A model generated the notes under the pieces. The model was not told where the DNA came from and made no database searches. It worked only from the letters and a program-made list of their open reading frames with translations. Shown piece by piece: positions 37,913 to 50,800 of a stretch of DNA of 64,000 nt. Made by a program: the position numbers and the translations under genes. Where the stretch lies: the NCBI RefSeq assembly GCF_018350175.1, contig NC_058382.1, positions 49,788,001 to 49,852,000 on the forward strand, read 5' to 3'. Each line of letters starts with the position of its first letter. The stretch's first letter is position 1. The stretch comes from Felis catus (Eukaryota).

Positions 37913-40370
37913 TAAGGTGTTCTTGAACAGAAACACACATGAAACAAGATTATGTACTGATCAGTTGACAAAAAAGATTGTGACCGGAGACTAACAGGAA
38001 CCCAACCCTGTACTGCTAACTGAATGTGCACGATGACTTTATAACCATAACTACTGTGAACGAGAATCAACTGAATCCTAGAATTCAGACAACACCCACG
38101 TGCATCCTTCAAGTTAATCCACATGGAAGTACGGCCACCTATGGTCTCTATCATTTTATCAGATTAAAAATATTTCTTAATTAGACTCCAATTATGGGAA
38201 GCAGTAATCAGAAACAGATACACAGGAGACAGCAACAATTAACATCCTTTTGTTCAGGTTTAGGGTTTTTCTCAGCTGAAAATTGCTCTTCATTGTTACT
38301 CTATACTAGTCTGGGTTTGAGTCACCCAGTCCTAGCGTTAATCTAAGAAATAGATGAACACACCTGTGATTAAAAGGACATTATGGTGAATGGGTGACAG
38401 GCATTAAGGAGGGCACTTTTCAGGATGAGCTCTGGGTGTCATATCTAAGAGATGAATCACTCACTGGGTTCTACTCCTGAAGCCAAGACCACACTGTATG
38501 TTAACTAGCTTGAAAATAAAAATAAATGTTAAAAAGGGGCACTGTGGTGGCACTATAGCAGCAAACTTTTAAAAACAGCCTAATTGGGGACACCTGGGTG
38601 CCTCAGTCAGTTAAGTGTCCAACTTCAGCTCAGGTCATGATCTCGTGGTTCATGGGTTCCAGCCCTGCATCGGGCTCTGTGCTGACATCTCAGAGCCTAG
38701 CCTGCTTCAGATTCTGTGTTTCCCCCTCTCCCTGCCCCTCCCACACTTGTGCGCTCTCTCTCTCTCTCTCTCACTCGCTCTCAAAAATAAAATAAAACAT
38801 TACAAATAAATAAATAAAAACAGTTAATTGAAACATAATTCACAGACCATAAAATGTACCCATCTAAAGTACACAGTTCAGGGGTGCCTGGCTGGCTCAG
38901 TTGGTAGAGCATGTGACTCTTGATCTTGGGGTTGTGAGGTCAAGCCCCATGTTGGGTGTAGAGATTGCCTAAATAAATAAACTTTAAAGTGCACAACTCA
39001 ATAGTTCTGGTAAATTCAGACTTGTGCAGCCATCACATAAAAAAATGAGCCTCTGACCCATTTCTCCCCAATCCCCAGCCTCAGGCTAATCTGTCTCTAT
39101 AAACTTGCCTATTCTGGACTTTTCATGTAAATGGTATTATACAACATGTGGCCTTTTGTAACTGTCTCCTTTCACTTAACACATCTTCAGAGGTAATTTC
39201 TCTTTGGGATGTACCTGTGGAATTGCTTGATCATATAGAAATCATATGCTTTACCTTTCGGGGAACCGCCAGATTGCTTCCCAAAGCAGCTGTGCCATTT
39301 TATAACCTCAACAACAATGCCTGAAGGTTCCAGTTTCTGCACACCTTGCCAAACCCCTTGTCTTTTTTATTAAAGCCATCCTAGTGGGTGTGAGTGGCAT
39401 TTCATTGTAGTTTTTATTTGTACTTCCCTGATGACTGATATTAAACATCTTTTTATGTCTTTATTGGCCATGATATATGTTCTTCAGAGAATGTCTATTC
39501 AGATCTTTTGCCCATTTTGAAACCAGGTCATTTGTCTTTTTACTTACTTTTTTAACATTTATTTATTGTTGACAGAGAGAGACAGAGCACGAGCAGGGGA
39601 GGGGAGGGGCAGACAGAGGGAGACACAGAATCCGAAGCAGGCTCCCGGCTCCGAGCCGTCAGCACAGAGCCAGACGCGGGGCTCGAACCCACGAACCACG
39701 AGATCATGACCTGAGCCGAAGTCGGACACTTAGCCCACTGAGCCACCCAGGTGCCCCATCATTTGTCTTTTTATTATTGAGTTTTAAGAGTTCTTTATAT
39801 ATTCTAAATAGCCGTCTCTTATAAACCATAGGACTTGAATAATTCCTTCTATTCTGTGGCGTGTCTTTCTACACCCTTGATGGCATCCTTTGAAGCATAA
39901 CATTTTTAAATTTTGACCAAGTCCAATTTATTTTTCTCTGGTCCCTTGTGCTTTTGGGGTTCTATCTAAGAAGGCTTTGCCTAACTCAAGATCACAAAAC
40001 ATACTCTCGTTTTCTTCTGAGCTTTATAGTTTTAGTTCTTACATTCGGGTCTGTGCTTCAGGTAGATCGTCCTTATGGGAGGATAAGAGAAAAGTAGATG
40101 TGAAATTAGGACTCAGTATTTGGGAGTTTACCATGCCAGCCTCTTTCCTTGGACACTGTAAATGGACCCTGCAGTGACAAACTGGGATGTAGCTTTTTGC
40201 CCCCGGGGAAAAGGATGCGTTAGAATTCTCCAACACACTCTCCCCCAGCATCATCTCATTTCTCCCAGTCTCTTTGCAGCTCACTGTCACTCCATGCATT
40301 TGTTCAAATTCAGTTTCCAGCCACTTTAAGGATAATCAGGGTAGGAGCTAGTTTCCATTATTCCAAATAG

Positions 40371-40600
40371 TTTTTTTTTTTTTAACTTTTTTTTCAACGT
40401 TTTTTATTTATTTTTGGGACAGAGAGAGACAGAGCATGAATGGGGGAGGGGCAGAGAGAGAGGGAGACACAGAATCGGAACCAGGCTCCAGGCTCCGAGC
40501 CATCAGCCCAGAGCCTGACGCCAGGCTCGAACTCATGGACCGCGAGATCGTGACCTGGCTGAAGTTGGACGCTTAACCGACTGCGCCACCCAGGCGCCCC
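40371..40600 (-). mobile_element. Young felid SINEC_Fc
   Basis: Reverse complement of the same subfamily (..CGACTGCGCCACCCAGGCGCCCC), long T tract, flanking TT(C/T)CAAATAG repeat. Confidence 0.92.
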
Positions 40601-41932
40601 TATTTCAAATAGTTTAACAGAGCCCAAATCCAGCTCAAAGGCATGCATTGTTTGACCTGAAAAGCATTTTATGTGAATTCAAGTTTGTTGCAAGCACTTA
40701 AAAATTGAGATGTCAACCTAGATTTCCAACTTCCCCTGAAAAACTGGAAAATCTGGACATACTGGGCTCAAAATCCCATAAAGTAAGGGACTAAGTAATG
40801 GTTGGCCCCTTTAGACAGGGCTCTCCAGTTGGCCAGAGTACAAACTCCCTAGAAGATTCCTGGTTCATTATTACTGTGTTGTCTTAGCAAGAGTTTGTGG
40901 GGTCCTCTCTACCATACTCAGCACCTTTATTTATTTTTGAGAGAGAGACAGAGTGTGAGCAGGGGAGGGGCAGAGAGAGAGGGAGACACAGAATCCGAAG
41001 CAGGCTCCAGGCTCTGAGCTGTCAGCACAGAGCCTGACGTGGGGCTCAAACCCATGAGCTGTGAGATCAAGACATGAGCCGAAGTCAGATGCTCAACCAG
41101 GTGCCCCCATACTCAGCACCTTCAGCCCCTCCTCTTCTACAGTCTCTTTCCATTGTCCAATCTTGGGTTATCACCTTTTGAAAACTGAAGACAAGCTCCT
41201 CCTCTTAGGTCCTGGATACATACAGTCTTGGGGGCTTCTGGCCAAACTCTGCATGTGGAGTTCTCCTGGGGTGCTAAATATTGTTCTGTACCTTGATCTG
41301 AGTGGTATTCAGCATAAATGTGTGAACACATATACGTTCATCAAGCTACACATTTGAGATTTGTGCACTTTACTGTATATTATGCTTCAATAAAAACTAC
41401 AGAGACATGGTGGATGGGCAGTCTACTGCCAGACATTGTCTGTCTACAATGCCAGGAACTACAGTGGTCATCTTGTGCCCATGATGTAAGCTACCCAAAG
41501 AGGCCGATCCAATATGCTGAAAATGGCAGAACAGAAAAAGACTTACAATGTCAATGAAGAGTACTAAACCAATGTTGGGAGCCTCTCGTCACGTGAATTT
41601 ACTGTTGAAATATTTCTTTTTCATACATCTTATCAGCTTTTGTCTATGCCAGTGTGGTTTCATACAAAAAGCTTCCAGTTGATAAGATCTAGCCCACAAA
41701 GTGCAGTTAAGAGGACTCAAGATTACATATTAAGTACAGTTTAATCACACCTTTGAACAAGAATTTTGCCATAAATTAGTAAGACGCTGAACATAAAAGG
41801 AATACAGCCAAACATATGTTAAGTAGTAAGTTATTTAAAACTCCCTAAATTTAAGTCAGATGTTACTGCAAGATTCAGTTCATTGGCCACTGAATATAAA
41901 AATAATAGTCCCAGTTCACAGAATTGAAATTC

Positions 41933-41938
41933 TTTATT
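41933..41938 (-). terminator. Candidate distal polyadenylation signal of TMEM170A (implies ~3.6 kb 3' UTR)
   Basis: AATAAA on the minus strand at the end of a long AT-rich, mostly unique stretch downstream of the stop codon, with TGTA elements upstream. Not transcript-verified. Confidence 0.4.
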
Positions 41939-43517
41939 GATAAACATTTATACCAGAATTAGAAATGTCAGTAGAAAAATAAAATTTAAATAATTTTCTA
42001 TTGTACAAAGATTTGATCATTTGGACTGTAGCAGTTGGTGAAATAATCTAATACAAAAGCTAAGCTGATTTTAGTGACAACCAGCCAAACTAATGCACGA
42101 AACAGAAATGCACACACACCACACTTCCTGCCTGGGGCTGGCTGATGGCGGCCGGCCTCACCTCCCAGGAAACGGTTTCTTAGGGAAGGTCGATATGCAC
42201 TGCAGTTGTAGTAAGAACTTAATACACACCAGAGCAGTCAGAAAGGACACTGAAACTGAAAGCCAACATACAATTCCCAATTTAAAAAACATGGGGTGCC
42301 TGGATGGCTCAGTCGGTTAAGCAGCTGTCTTCAGCTCAGGTCATGATCTCACAGTTGGGGAGTTCGAGCCCCAAATCAGGCCCTGTACTGACAGCTCGGA
42401 GCCTGGAGCCTGCTTCGGATTCTGTCTCCCTCTCTCTCTGTCCCTCCCCCCCCCCCCTCTCAGAAATAAATAAAACGTTAAAAAAAATTAGAAAACATAA
42501 GGAATGGCTTAATGATTTGCATCAACTTTTTCTCACTGGTTTAGACATTTCCAGTAAATGTTTTGCTGCAAAATTTAAAAATGAGTTAAGAGCACAGAGA
42601 CATCCTTCTTGTGGAATATTCATTGCAATTTGTACATGGACTTAAGTTTTCGTGAAATGCCTCCCCCACCCCCGCCAAGCCCCCGTATTAAAGAATCCAG
42701 CTTTTATGACTGCGAGCTGCCTCCTTCCCCTGCATAAAAAATACTTAAAAAAAAAAAAAAAAAAGTGGATATCTAGCTGGGAAGGGGTGTTTGCACAGCC
42801 ACTAAGAAAGCCAGTTGTTGGCAAAAATTCTACAAACCTATATATGGTAAAATAAAATGTTCAGCACAAATGCCAGTATTTTTCCACGAGTGACCACCCC
42901 CAAATAATTGTGTATTTGAGACAAGAAATTAAAAAAAAAAAAAATCCAAAAAAGTTTAGACATTCTTTATCATCCAAATAGTTTTTCCTTAAAAACATCT
43001 CAAGCTACAAAGCTCAATCTATATAAAGGTCTATAGAAATTTATTCACAGTAGAATGTTCACATATGGGGATGGATGAAATATTCAGTAATTTAAAGATA
43101 TAGTTTATATTTGAAGTTTTAAAAAAGCAGATCATCAAAATATGGCAAACAAACAAACAAACAAAGATGGGAACAAAAACACCTTTCAAAATGCACTAAC
43201 TTTTGTGTCTTGGCTCTAAAAGAAAAATAACCAAATATTTAAATCATCTATCAGTATGTTCAAAAATTAGTATTCAGGAAGAGGGGCCTACCAACCATAG
43301 GCCCACGTGTTTAACTTGTGAAATTCTATCCAAAATGTTTTAGGTGAGAATTCTAATAAGAGGTATATTTCAAGAGAGATGATTAAAATAATTTTCTACA
43401 ATAAAGGATATAACGTCCCCACTTTTTCTTTTTTTTTTTTAGAGTTTATCTTGAGAGAGCAGGGAGGATAGGGAGGAGGGAGAGGAGGAGGGGGGAGAGA
43501 GAGGAAGAGAGAGAAAG

Positions 43518-43554
<37 letters not shown>

Positions 43555-45534
43555 CCTAAGCAGGCTCTGTGAGGAGCCCAAAGCAGGGCTTGAACCCAGA
43601 AACCGTGAGATGATGACCTGAGTCAACATCAAGAGTCAGACACTCAACCGACTGAGCCACTCAGGCACCCCTGTCCCCAAGTGTCTTAAATTGAAGGGCT
43701 ACTTTGCAAAAATCACAGCTCCTTGAACTAGAAAAAGGAGTCTTATTTAAAGACTTAGGGCACCAGGCTGGCTCAGCCAGTGGAGCAAGCAACTCTCGAT
43801 CTTAGGGTTGTGAGTTTGAGCCCCATGTTGGGTGTAGAGATTACTTAAAAATACAATCTCTTTAAAAAAAAAAAAAAGGCTACATTTGCTTGAAAGAAAG
43901 ATTTGAGCATTGGAGAGAAAACTTGGGGAATGTATAAAAACATTTGCTGGCATTCTAAGTCTTCTTGTAATTTTCCACCTAGTCTGAATATATGTCACTG
44001 TAATTTTGATAAGTGGTCTAATGGCCTATTAGTTAGAAGGAAATCTCCAGTTAATTTTGTGACCTCTTTGTAATTTTTCCTTTTTGACTTTCCCTGATAA
44101 GTTCATCTTCCAGGCTATTTTCAATCAGAAGCTGGAGGGCATATTGCTTTAAATGGAATAGATACTGTTTGTGTGTACATGACCTCGTGGGCCGTTAGCC
44201 TTACTGTCACAATGAAAGCTTACCTTTAAAAACATCAGGTTTAATGAATCAGAAACTATTCTGAAAACAGAATGACTGTATTCCATACAACGCAGTTAGG
44301 TGGTAAGGATCAATTTAGAGATCTAATTTTTGCTCTCCTTTTTCTTTTGAAGGTCACAGTTTTCAGACATTTTAATAAAAAAGCAATTTAGGCAGAAGAA
44401 AAATTAAGATAGCTAAAATTGGATTAAAGAAACGATGTTTAATTCTCTGTAAGGAAATAGAGTCTCTTGAAGGGAAATGTAAAATGTGGAAGTATATCTG
44501 AAAATTAAATTTTAGGCACTTTCTGGGAGTGACCCCCAATACTGTAAAAGTGGTAACCATATTAAGACTAAGAAATCAATAACCTCTACCCTAGTTTAAG
44601 CTACATTTCAACAATTTCAACTAAAGTCACTAAGAAAAACTGTAACAATGTTTAAACAAAAAACAATTTTTTTGGTACCTCACTGTCCAAACAGCATCCT
44701 AACCAATCTGGCTTAAAATTTTGAACTCAAGCTATTTAATAGGGTCTATTTCCAATTAACCAAAATCAAGAGAATGAAAGTGACAAGAAAAGGGGTACAG
44801 GAACTTGGGAGGCAAAAAAGTCTCAGTCAGCTAGCTTATTCTGATAAAATGTACAAAACAATAGATTCACATCTCTTAAAATATGTTAAGTAATCAGAGG
44901 TCAAGATAGTTTTCCATAAAATGTCACATCATCTTCTTTTTCTTTCAGCAGTGGAACTGAAGCCACTACTTGTGTTGTAGGGTTTTTTCCTGTTCTGTTT
45001 CACCAAATTTGTTCTCAAAGCTCTACTCAACCAAAACCTACTTGGCACTTACTGTCATGAAGACTTAGCAAAAGAAGAGTCTGCCAAATTCTAATCAAGA
45101 TTAGATTAAATAAGGTTTTAGTATGGTATACTCTGTTCGGAAAGAAACCAGTATTTTTCATAGTTTCTCTGTTATAGGCAACATTGCATTTTCTCACAGA
45201 TTATTATACATTTCAGTGCAAAGGATGTCAAGCTAGAAGCATTGTTGACCTAGCTTGGGTAAAGGTGCACCTGTAAAACTACTTAAATACCGCCCCCCCC
45301 CTCTCCAAAAAAAACCCACTTGATTTGTTTTGGTTGAGAACAGTAAGAGTCCAGTAAGATCTTCAATTCCTGGAGCTTCAAATCGCAGAAAGGTCTGAAA
45401 TGTCGTTCTTCACATGTATTTCTTCATCCAAGTTTCTTCCATTTGAAGAATTAAGAAAACACTACATTCCATAATGTATTCTTTTTGAGGATTCTGTAAA
45501 ACTGAGGTTTGCCATCGGGGTATAAGGGTGTTTG

Positions 45535-45665
45535 CTATAGAGTAGCTAAAACCCGTAAAAAGGAGACCACTACTACACAGAATGTCTGTCCGGTGCCCAA
45601 GGTGAGGGCTTCAAATGGTATCATCTCCTTTCCTGCTGCTCGGTACACTCCAGCAATTGCAGCAC
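45535..45665 (-). CDS. TMEM170A: TMEM170A coding exon 3 (to stop codon)
   Basis: 131 nt, CAG acceptor; (S)AAIAGVYRAAGKEMIPFEALTLGTGQTFCVVVVSFLRVLATL-TAG. The three exons sum to 435 nt = 144 aa + stop. Confidence 0.97.
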
Positions 45666-47738
45666 CTGTTTAAAAATTCAAGAGTGTTAAAAAAAAAAAA
45701 AATCAAGGTTAATATAATCAGGAAAATACACTACTTAAAATCCTACCCTAAGTAGAATATTCCAGATTTTTTTACATTAAAATTTAAATATCATAGAAAT
45801 GTCTTATTCTCCCTATACTTTTCTCTAGATTTTAAGTATTCTCCATACGACTTATAAATTACTGATTAGTGCTTTCAGACGTTGAAAAGTGAGTCCTTAA
45901 AATGGAGTCTCCCGGATTTACTGAATAAAATAATCTGGAAATCATAACCCAAATCACAAATTTCCACATGACCTGATTACAAACTCATCACAAAAACATC
46001 TCTTATTTGCCATGCTTAGCATTTAACAGGTACCTAATAAAATTTTGGTAATGAATGCCAATGAAACTTTCCAGGGAAACCGAGCAAGAAATATTTCAGA
46101 AAAAGCCAGAGATGCCCGCTCTGCCTTCTACTGTACTCAGCTCCCCTCCCCAAGTGGACGGAGGAGGAGCAGAGGGAAAAGGAAAGGGTGACTCTACGTT
46201 TATGAAGTTGTTACTAATTCAAAGGGCATGAGGCCAGAGGTGCTAAGGGGGTCCTTTCTGTTCCCCACATCATTAATCGTCTTTATTACGTTAAGTCACC
46301 ACAACTTTCTAGAAACGGAGTAAACCAAACACAAACATCTGTACCTCCCTAGAAACCCAGATGAATTGTTACAGGGACTCAGCATTGTATTGAGAGAGCC
46401 AAGATTTCATTAGTTTGACAATAATAGATCCAAAGTTCCCAGATGACCCTCCTCTCAAAGACCATTCCAAACAGAATCCTCCTTGGTCAGTGTGTTCATT
46501 CCTGCAAACAGGTATTTGCCTGTATGTTTTCTAAGATCCCTATTCTCATGATACTCAGATCAAGCTGGAACAGAGAAAGCACAGCATGAAACAGATTTTG
46601 AATAATACAAGACAACATACAGCATCTCAATCAAATGCCTACACATTTTACACATGTGATATGAAAACATATTAACAAATTCGAAGAAGAAGAAAGAGCA
46701 AATTAACCAGTATCTGTATTGGTTGCCTGGAACATCTGTGACTTTCAAATGCCCACCTCCAGTGCCTATGCATACAGTGCCTATGTTATTAACATCTGCA
46801 AGGCACCTGCTGCATCAGGCCCCTTCATAATTTAGCTCCAAAACAAGTGGGTTGGGTAGAAAGAAGTGTAAGAAACTTGAAGTAGGCCCTAAGGTGGGGC
46901 CTAGATGATGAAGAAGGGAAGAACGGAAAAAAGCACACCAGGAGGAGCAGTAAAATGGGAAGGAAATGGACTCTCTTCAGCAGAGTCTTAAAGAGAGAAT
47001 GGACACATTTATTGCACGATTCCTAAGTGTTAGGTATTATGTTAAGTACTTTAAATAAACATTATTTCCTTTTATCATCACACAGCATCTGAGGAGGGTA
47101 GAATTATCCTTATTTTACTGATGAGAAATCTGAGACAGCTCCTAGGAGCCGGTAATCCAATAAGGAAACTGGAACAGAGGGTCTCTAAAGAGCAGCAGCA
47201 GGTGATACAGTTAAAAATACTATATAAAGCCAGTTATGGAAACACCTTAACGCAGACAAGAGAAAACTGGCCTCCTCCTCCTGTTATCACAAAGGTTTCA
47301 CCACCTACAGAACACAAAGAAATGAGGCCACTTTGTCCTCAAAAAGAAAAAAAACCTCAAGTCAAAGAAAAGGCAGAGGGGCAGTTCCATTTAGAGCTCA
47401 AGGCTTAAATGCACACACTCACACAAAAATTACAAATTAGCAGGAATGTTGTGTTTCTATCTTTTCAGCATGTATTTATGTTTACATGTGCACCTGGAAA
47501 AAAGTCTGAAAGCATATACCAAAATGCAAACTGAGGTTTTCACTTAGGGATGTGATAATGGAGTGTTTTTAGTTTTGGTTTCTGGAGCTTTTAATTTATA
47601 TAAAATATATTTATATTTAATCATGAGCTTAAAAATGACCTAAACTGATTCTCATCCTTATGATATCAGCAAAAGCCAAAAACAAGTAAAAACAATTTAT
47701 AATTTATTCCAGTTCTTTAAAAAAATTTTTTTAACATT

Positions 47739-47775
<37 letters not shown>

Positions 47776-48869
47776 CAGAGCATGAGCGGGGGAGGGGCAG
47801 AGAGAGCGGGAGACACAAAATCCGAAGCAGGTTCCAGGGTCTGAGCTGTCAGCACAGAGCCTGATGAGGCGCTCGAACCCACGAACTGTGTGATCATGAC
47901 TTGAGCTGAAGCCAAGCTCAACCGACTGAGCCACCCAGGTGCCTGTGTTATTCCAATTTATTTTTAAATGTTTATTTATTTTTTGAGAGAGAGAGACAGA
48001 GACAGAGTGCAAGCGGGGGAGGGGCAGAGACCGAGGGAAACAGAATCTGAAGCAGGTTCCAGGCTCTGAGCTGTCAGCACAGAGCCCGACATGGGGCTCG
48101 AACCCACAAGCCATGAGATCATGACCCGAGCTGAAGTCCGACGCTCAACTGACTGAGCCACCCAGGCGCCCCTCCAATTCTTATTCAGAAAGTTTTGACG
48201 GGAAAAAAATAACCAGAAGACAAATCAGGTACCATTCATTAAAAAAAAATTTTTTTGAAAGAGTACGAGTGGGGGAGGGGCAGAGAGGGGAGGTTACAGA
48301 GGATCTGAAGCAGGCTCTGCAATGACAGCAGCAAACCATGTGTGGGGCTCGAACTCGCAAACCATGAAATCATGACCTGAGCTGAAGTCGGATGCTCAAC
48401 CGACTGAGCCACCCAGATGCCTCACATCAGGTACTTTTCTGAACTAGAATTATTCTTCCATCCTCAAAAAATTATTATTCATCCTGAGTGAGGAGAAGGG
48501 CCTCGTCAACAATCTTTCGATGCCATCGGTCAACTGATAGCTGACAAGAAAGGAGCAGTAGCTTCCAAAAAAATAAACACCTTTTACTAGATTTCAAAAT
48601 GTAGTTTTACTACATCTCAAAAGCCTCACATGGCTTATCTGAAGCCAGTGAGAGAAAATACAACTTCGGAAGTCAAAGATGTTAGCCAAATCATAGGAGG
48701 GGGAGGCGGGGGTTACAGATAAGAGAAAAACAGTACGCTAAAGAAAGCGCCCATGGTTAAAAGCCACCCTTTTTTCTTCATTTCACACAGACATGTTTCT
48801 AAAATGGGTCCTGAAATTAAGTGACTAGTCATAGGAAACGTATGACTGGTATTTTAATGTCTAACATAC

Positions 48870-49040
48870 TTGTCAAGATTCCAGCAGTAATTGGTCCCAC
48901 GATGCCCATCAACAGGATGCTTACAGACATGAACCTACCATATTTGTGATGTCTGAGGGTGAAGAGGGCCAGTAATCCAGCAGGGACATGGAAGAAGAGA
49001 GAGGACACCAGTGCCCACAGGAACACACCATACCACATCT
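48870..49040 (-). CDS. TMEM170A: TMEM170A coding exon 2
   Basis: 171 nt, TAG acceptor and GTATGT donor. MWYGVFLWALVSSLFFHVPAGLLALFTLRHHKYGRFMSVSILLMGIVGPITAGILT (hydrophobic TM segments). Confidence 0.97.
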
Positions 49041-50075
49041 CTACAAGGAAAAGCAAAGAAAGGTCACAAGTCACAGACTTTCCCAGTACAGGAATTACCA
49101 AGGGCTCGTCATCATACCCGCTTATTTCATTTTCAAAGCCATCCAGGTGCCAGGTAGGTTCAGCAGTCAAATATCTAAATATTGATGGTTCTAGAGGGAT
49201 TAGCAAACCACGGCCTTCAGGCCACCACCTGGTTTTGTGCATACACTCTCACTGAACGCAGCCATGCCCATTCATTTAAATCTTGTCTAGGCCTGCTTTC
49301 AGACTACAAGAGCAGAGCTGAAACAGTGACAAAGAGCACGTGGCCTGCAGAGTCTGACATATTTACTATCTGGCCATTTCCAGAAGAACTTGGTCAACCC
49401 CTAAAATGATCAATCATTTTAGACTTCTACGATGGAAAAGCTGTACAGTTTTATTCATTCAACAGTCGTTTCCTTTTTTTAAATTTTTTTAAGTTAAAAA
49501 TTTTTTTTATCTTGAGAGAGAGCGACAGAGAGACAGAGAGAGAATGCCAAGTAGGCGTTGCACTGTTAGCTCAGAGCCTGATGTGGGGCTTGAGCTCATG
49601 AGCCATGAGATCATAGCCTGAGCCAAAATCAAGAGCTGAATGCTCAACTGACCAAGCCACCCAGGTACTCCACAACAATCATTTTCTACTCAGCCATCAA
49701 AAAAAAAAAAAAAAAAAAAGAAATCTCACCATTTGCAATGACGTGGATGGAACTAGGGTACATTATGCTAAGTGAGGTAAGTTAGAGCAAGACAAATACC
49801 ATATGATTTCACCCAGGTGGAATTTAAGAAACAAAACAAAGGAACACAGGGTAATGGAAGGAAAAATTAAATAAGATAAAAACAGAAGGGGCGGCAAACC
49901 ATAAGAGACTCGTAACTATTCTTAACTATAAAGAACAGAGTTGCTGAAGGGAAGGTGGGTGGGGCACAGGCTACACGGGTAATGGACATTAAGGAGGACA
50001 CTTGTGATGAGCACTGGGTGTTACATGTAAGTGATCAATGTTTTTAATATAGGTTACCACGGATAAAGGTCCTAA

Positions 50076-50117
50076 ATACATACATACATACATACATACA
50101 TACATACATACATACAT
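50076..50117 (+). repeat. (TACA)n microsatellite
   Basis: About 10 perfect TACA units. Confidence 0.9.
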
Positions 50118-50589
50118 AAATTCATATCAGGCCATCACGTCTTAGAATAGCAAAGCTCTTTAAGATATGAAATAAATACCAGAAAATATAAATGTCTGCC
50201 TTAGAGACAAACGGCACATAAGTGAGGGGGCAGGTTAGCGCAACTAGTTCCAAGGGAGAATGTCTAATTGACTTTTAAGATGACTGTAATTTAGGCAACA
50301 TTAAAATATATGATCACCAACTATGTCTAAAAACCTATGCATGAGCCACCTCAGAAAATACAAAAAAGGAGGAGATACCACCCTGCCCTCAAGACTTTGC
50401 AATCTGGTAAACAGTAGACAGAGCAATTCCCCTCAGTGAACCCAGGCAAGCCTTCAGAATTCTCAAAATAGCCCCTTAGCTACCCGCATGGATACAATGA
50501 AGGTGTCACGTGAGATAAAATATATTGTCCATCCTTGCGCTAGGAGCAGGTAAGTAACAGGCAGTTTCAGAGACCAGTCAACAGCTTAA

Positions 50590-50800
50590 ACTTAGAGATT
50601 CCGGACCACAGCACTACCGACATCTGGACCAGTCAACCCTTTGTTGTGGGGCTGTCCTGTGCATCGCAGGACACGGAGCAGCACCCTAGCCTCTCCCCAC
50701 TAGATGCCAGTACTGGCCTCCCCCCAGTTGCAATGACCAAAATTATCTCCAGACTTTGCCAGATGTCCTCCTGGGGCAAAACTTCCCGTAGTAAAAACAA
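50590..50800. mobile_element. MER20 (hAT-Charlie MITE); a second copy lies at ~5370-5560
   Basis: GCACTACCGACATCTGGACCAG...GGGGCTGTCCTGTGCATCGCAGGA...CCCACTAGATGCCAGTA...CTCCAGACTTTGCCAGATGTCC. Confidence 0.7.

Larger units (their letters stand above)
35440..38073 (+). mobile_element. Full-length Tigger DNA transposon with MER82-like arms
   Basis: Left end TA|CAGTTGACGTTCGTTATTTACAG. Right end CTGTGAACGAGAATCAACTG|AA (reverse complement CAGTTGATTCTCGTTCACAG). These are degenerate TIRs with only one intact TA TSD copy. The 5' ~450 bp and 3' ~170 bp resemble my recollection of the MER82 consensus. Confidence 0.88.

Noticed and set aside
48829..49242. 137-aa ORF as a standalone gene
   Set aside because: It is TMEM170A exon 2 plus open intronic flanks; canonical splice sites bound the conserved part.
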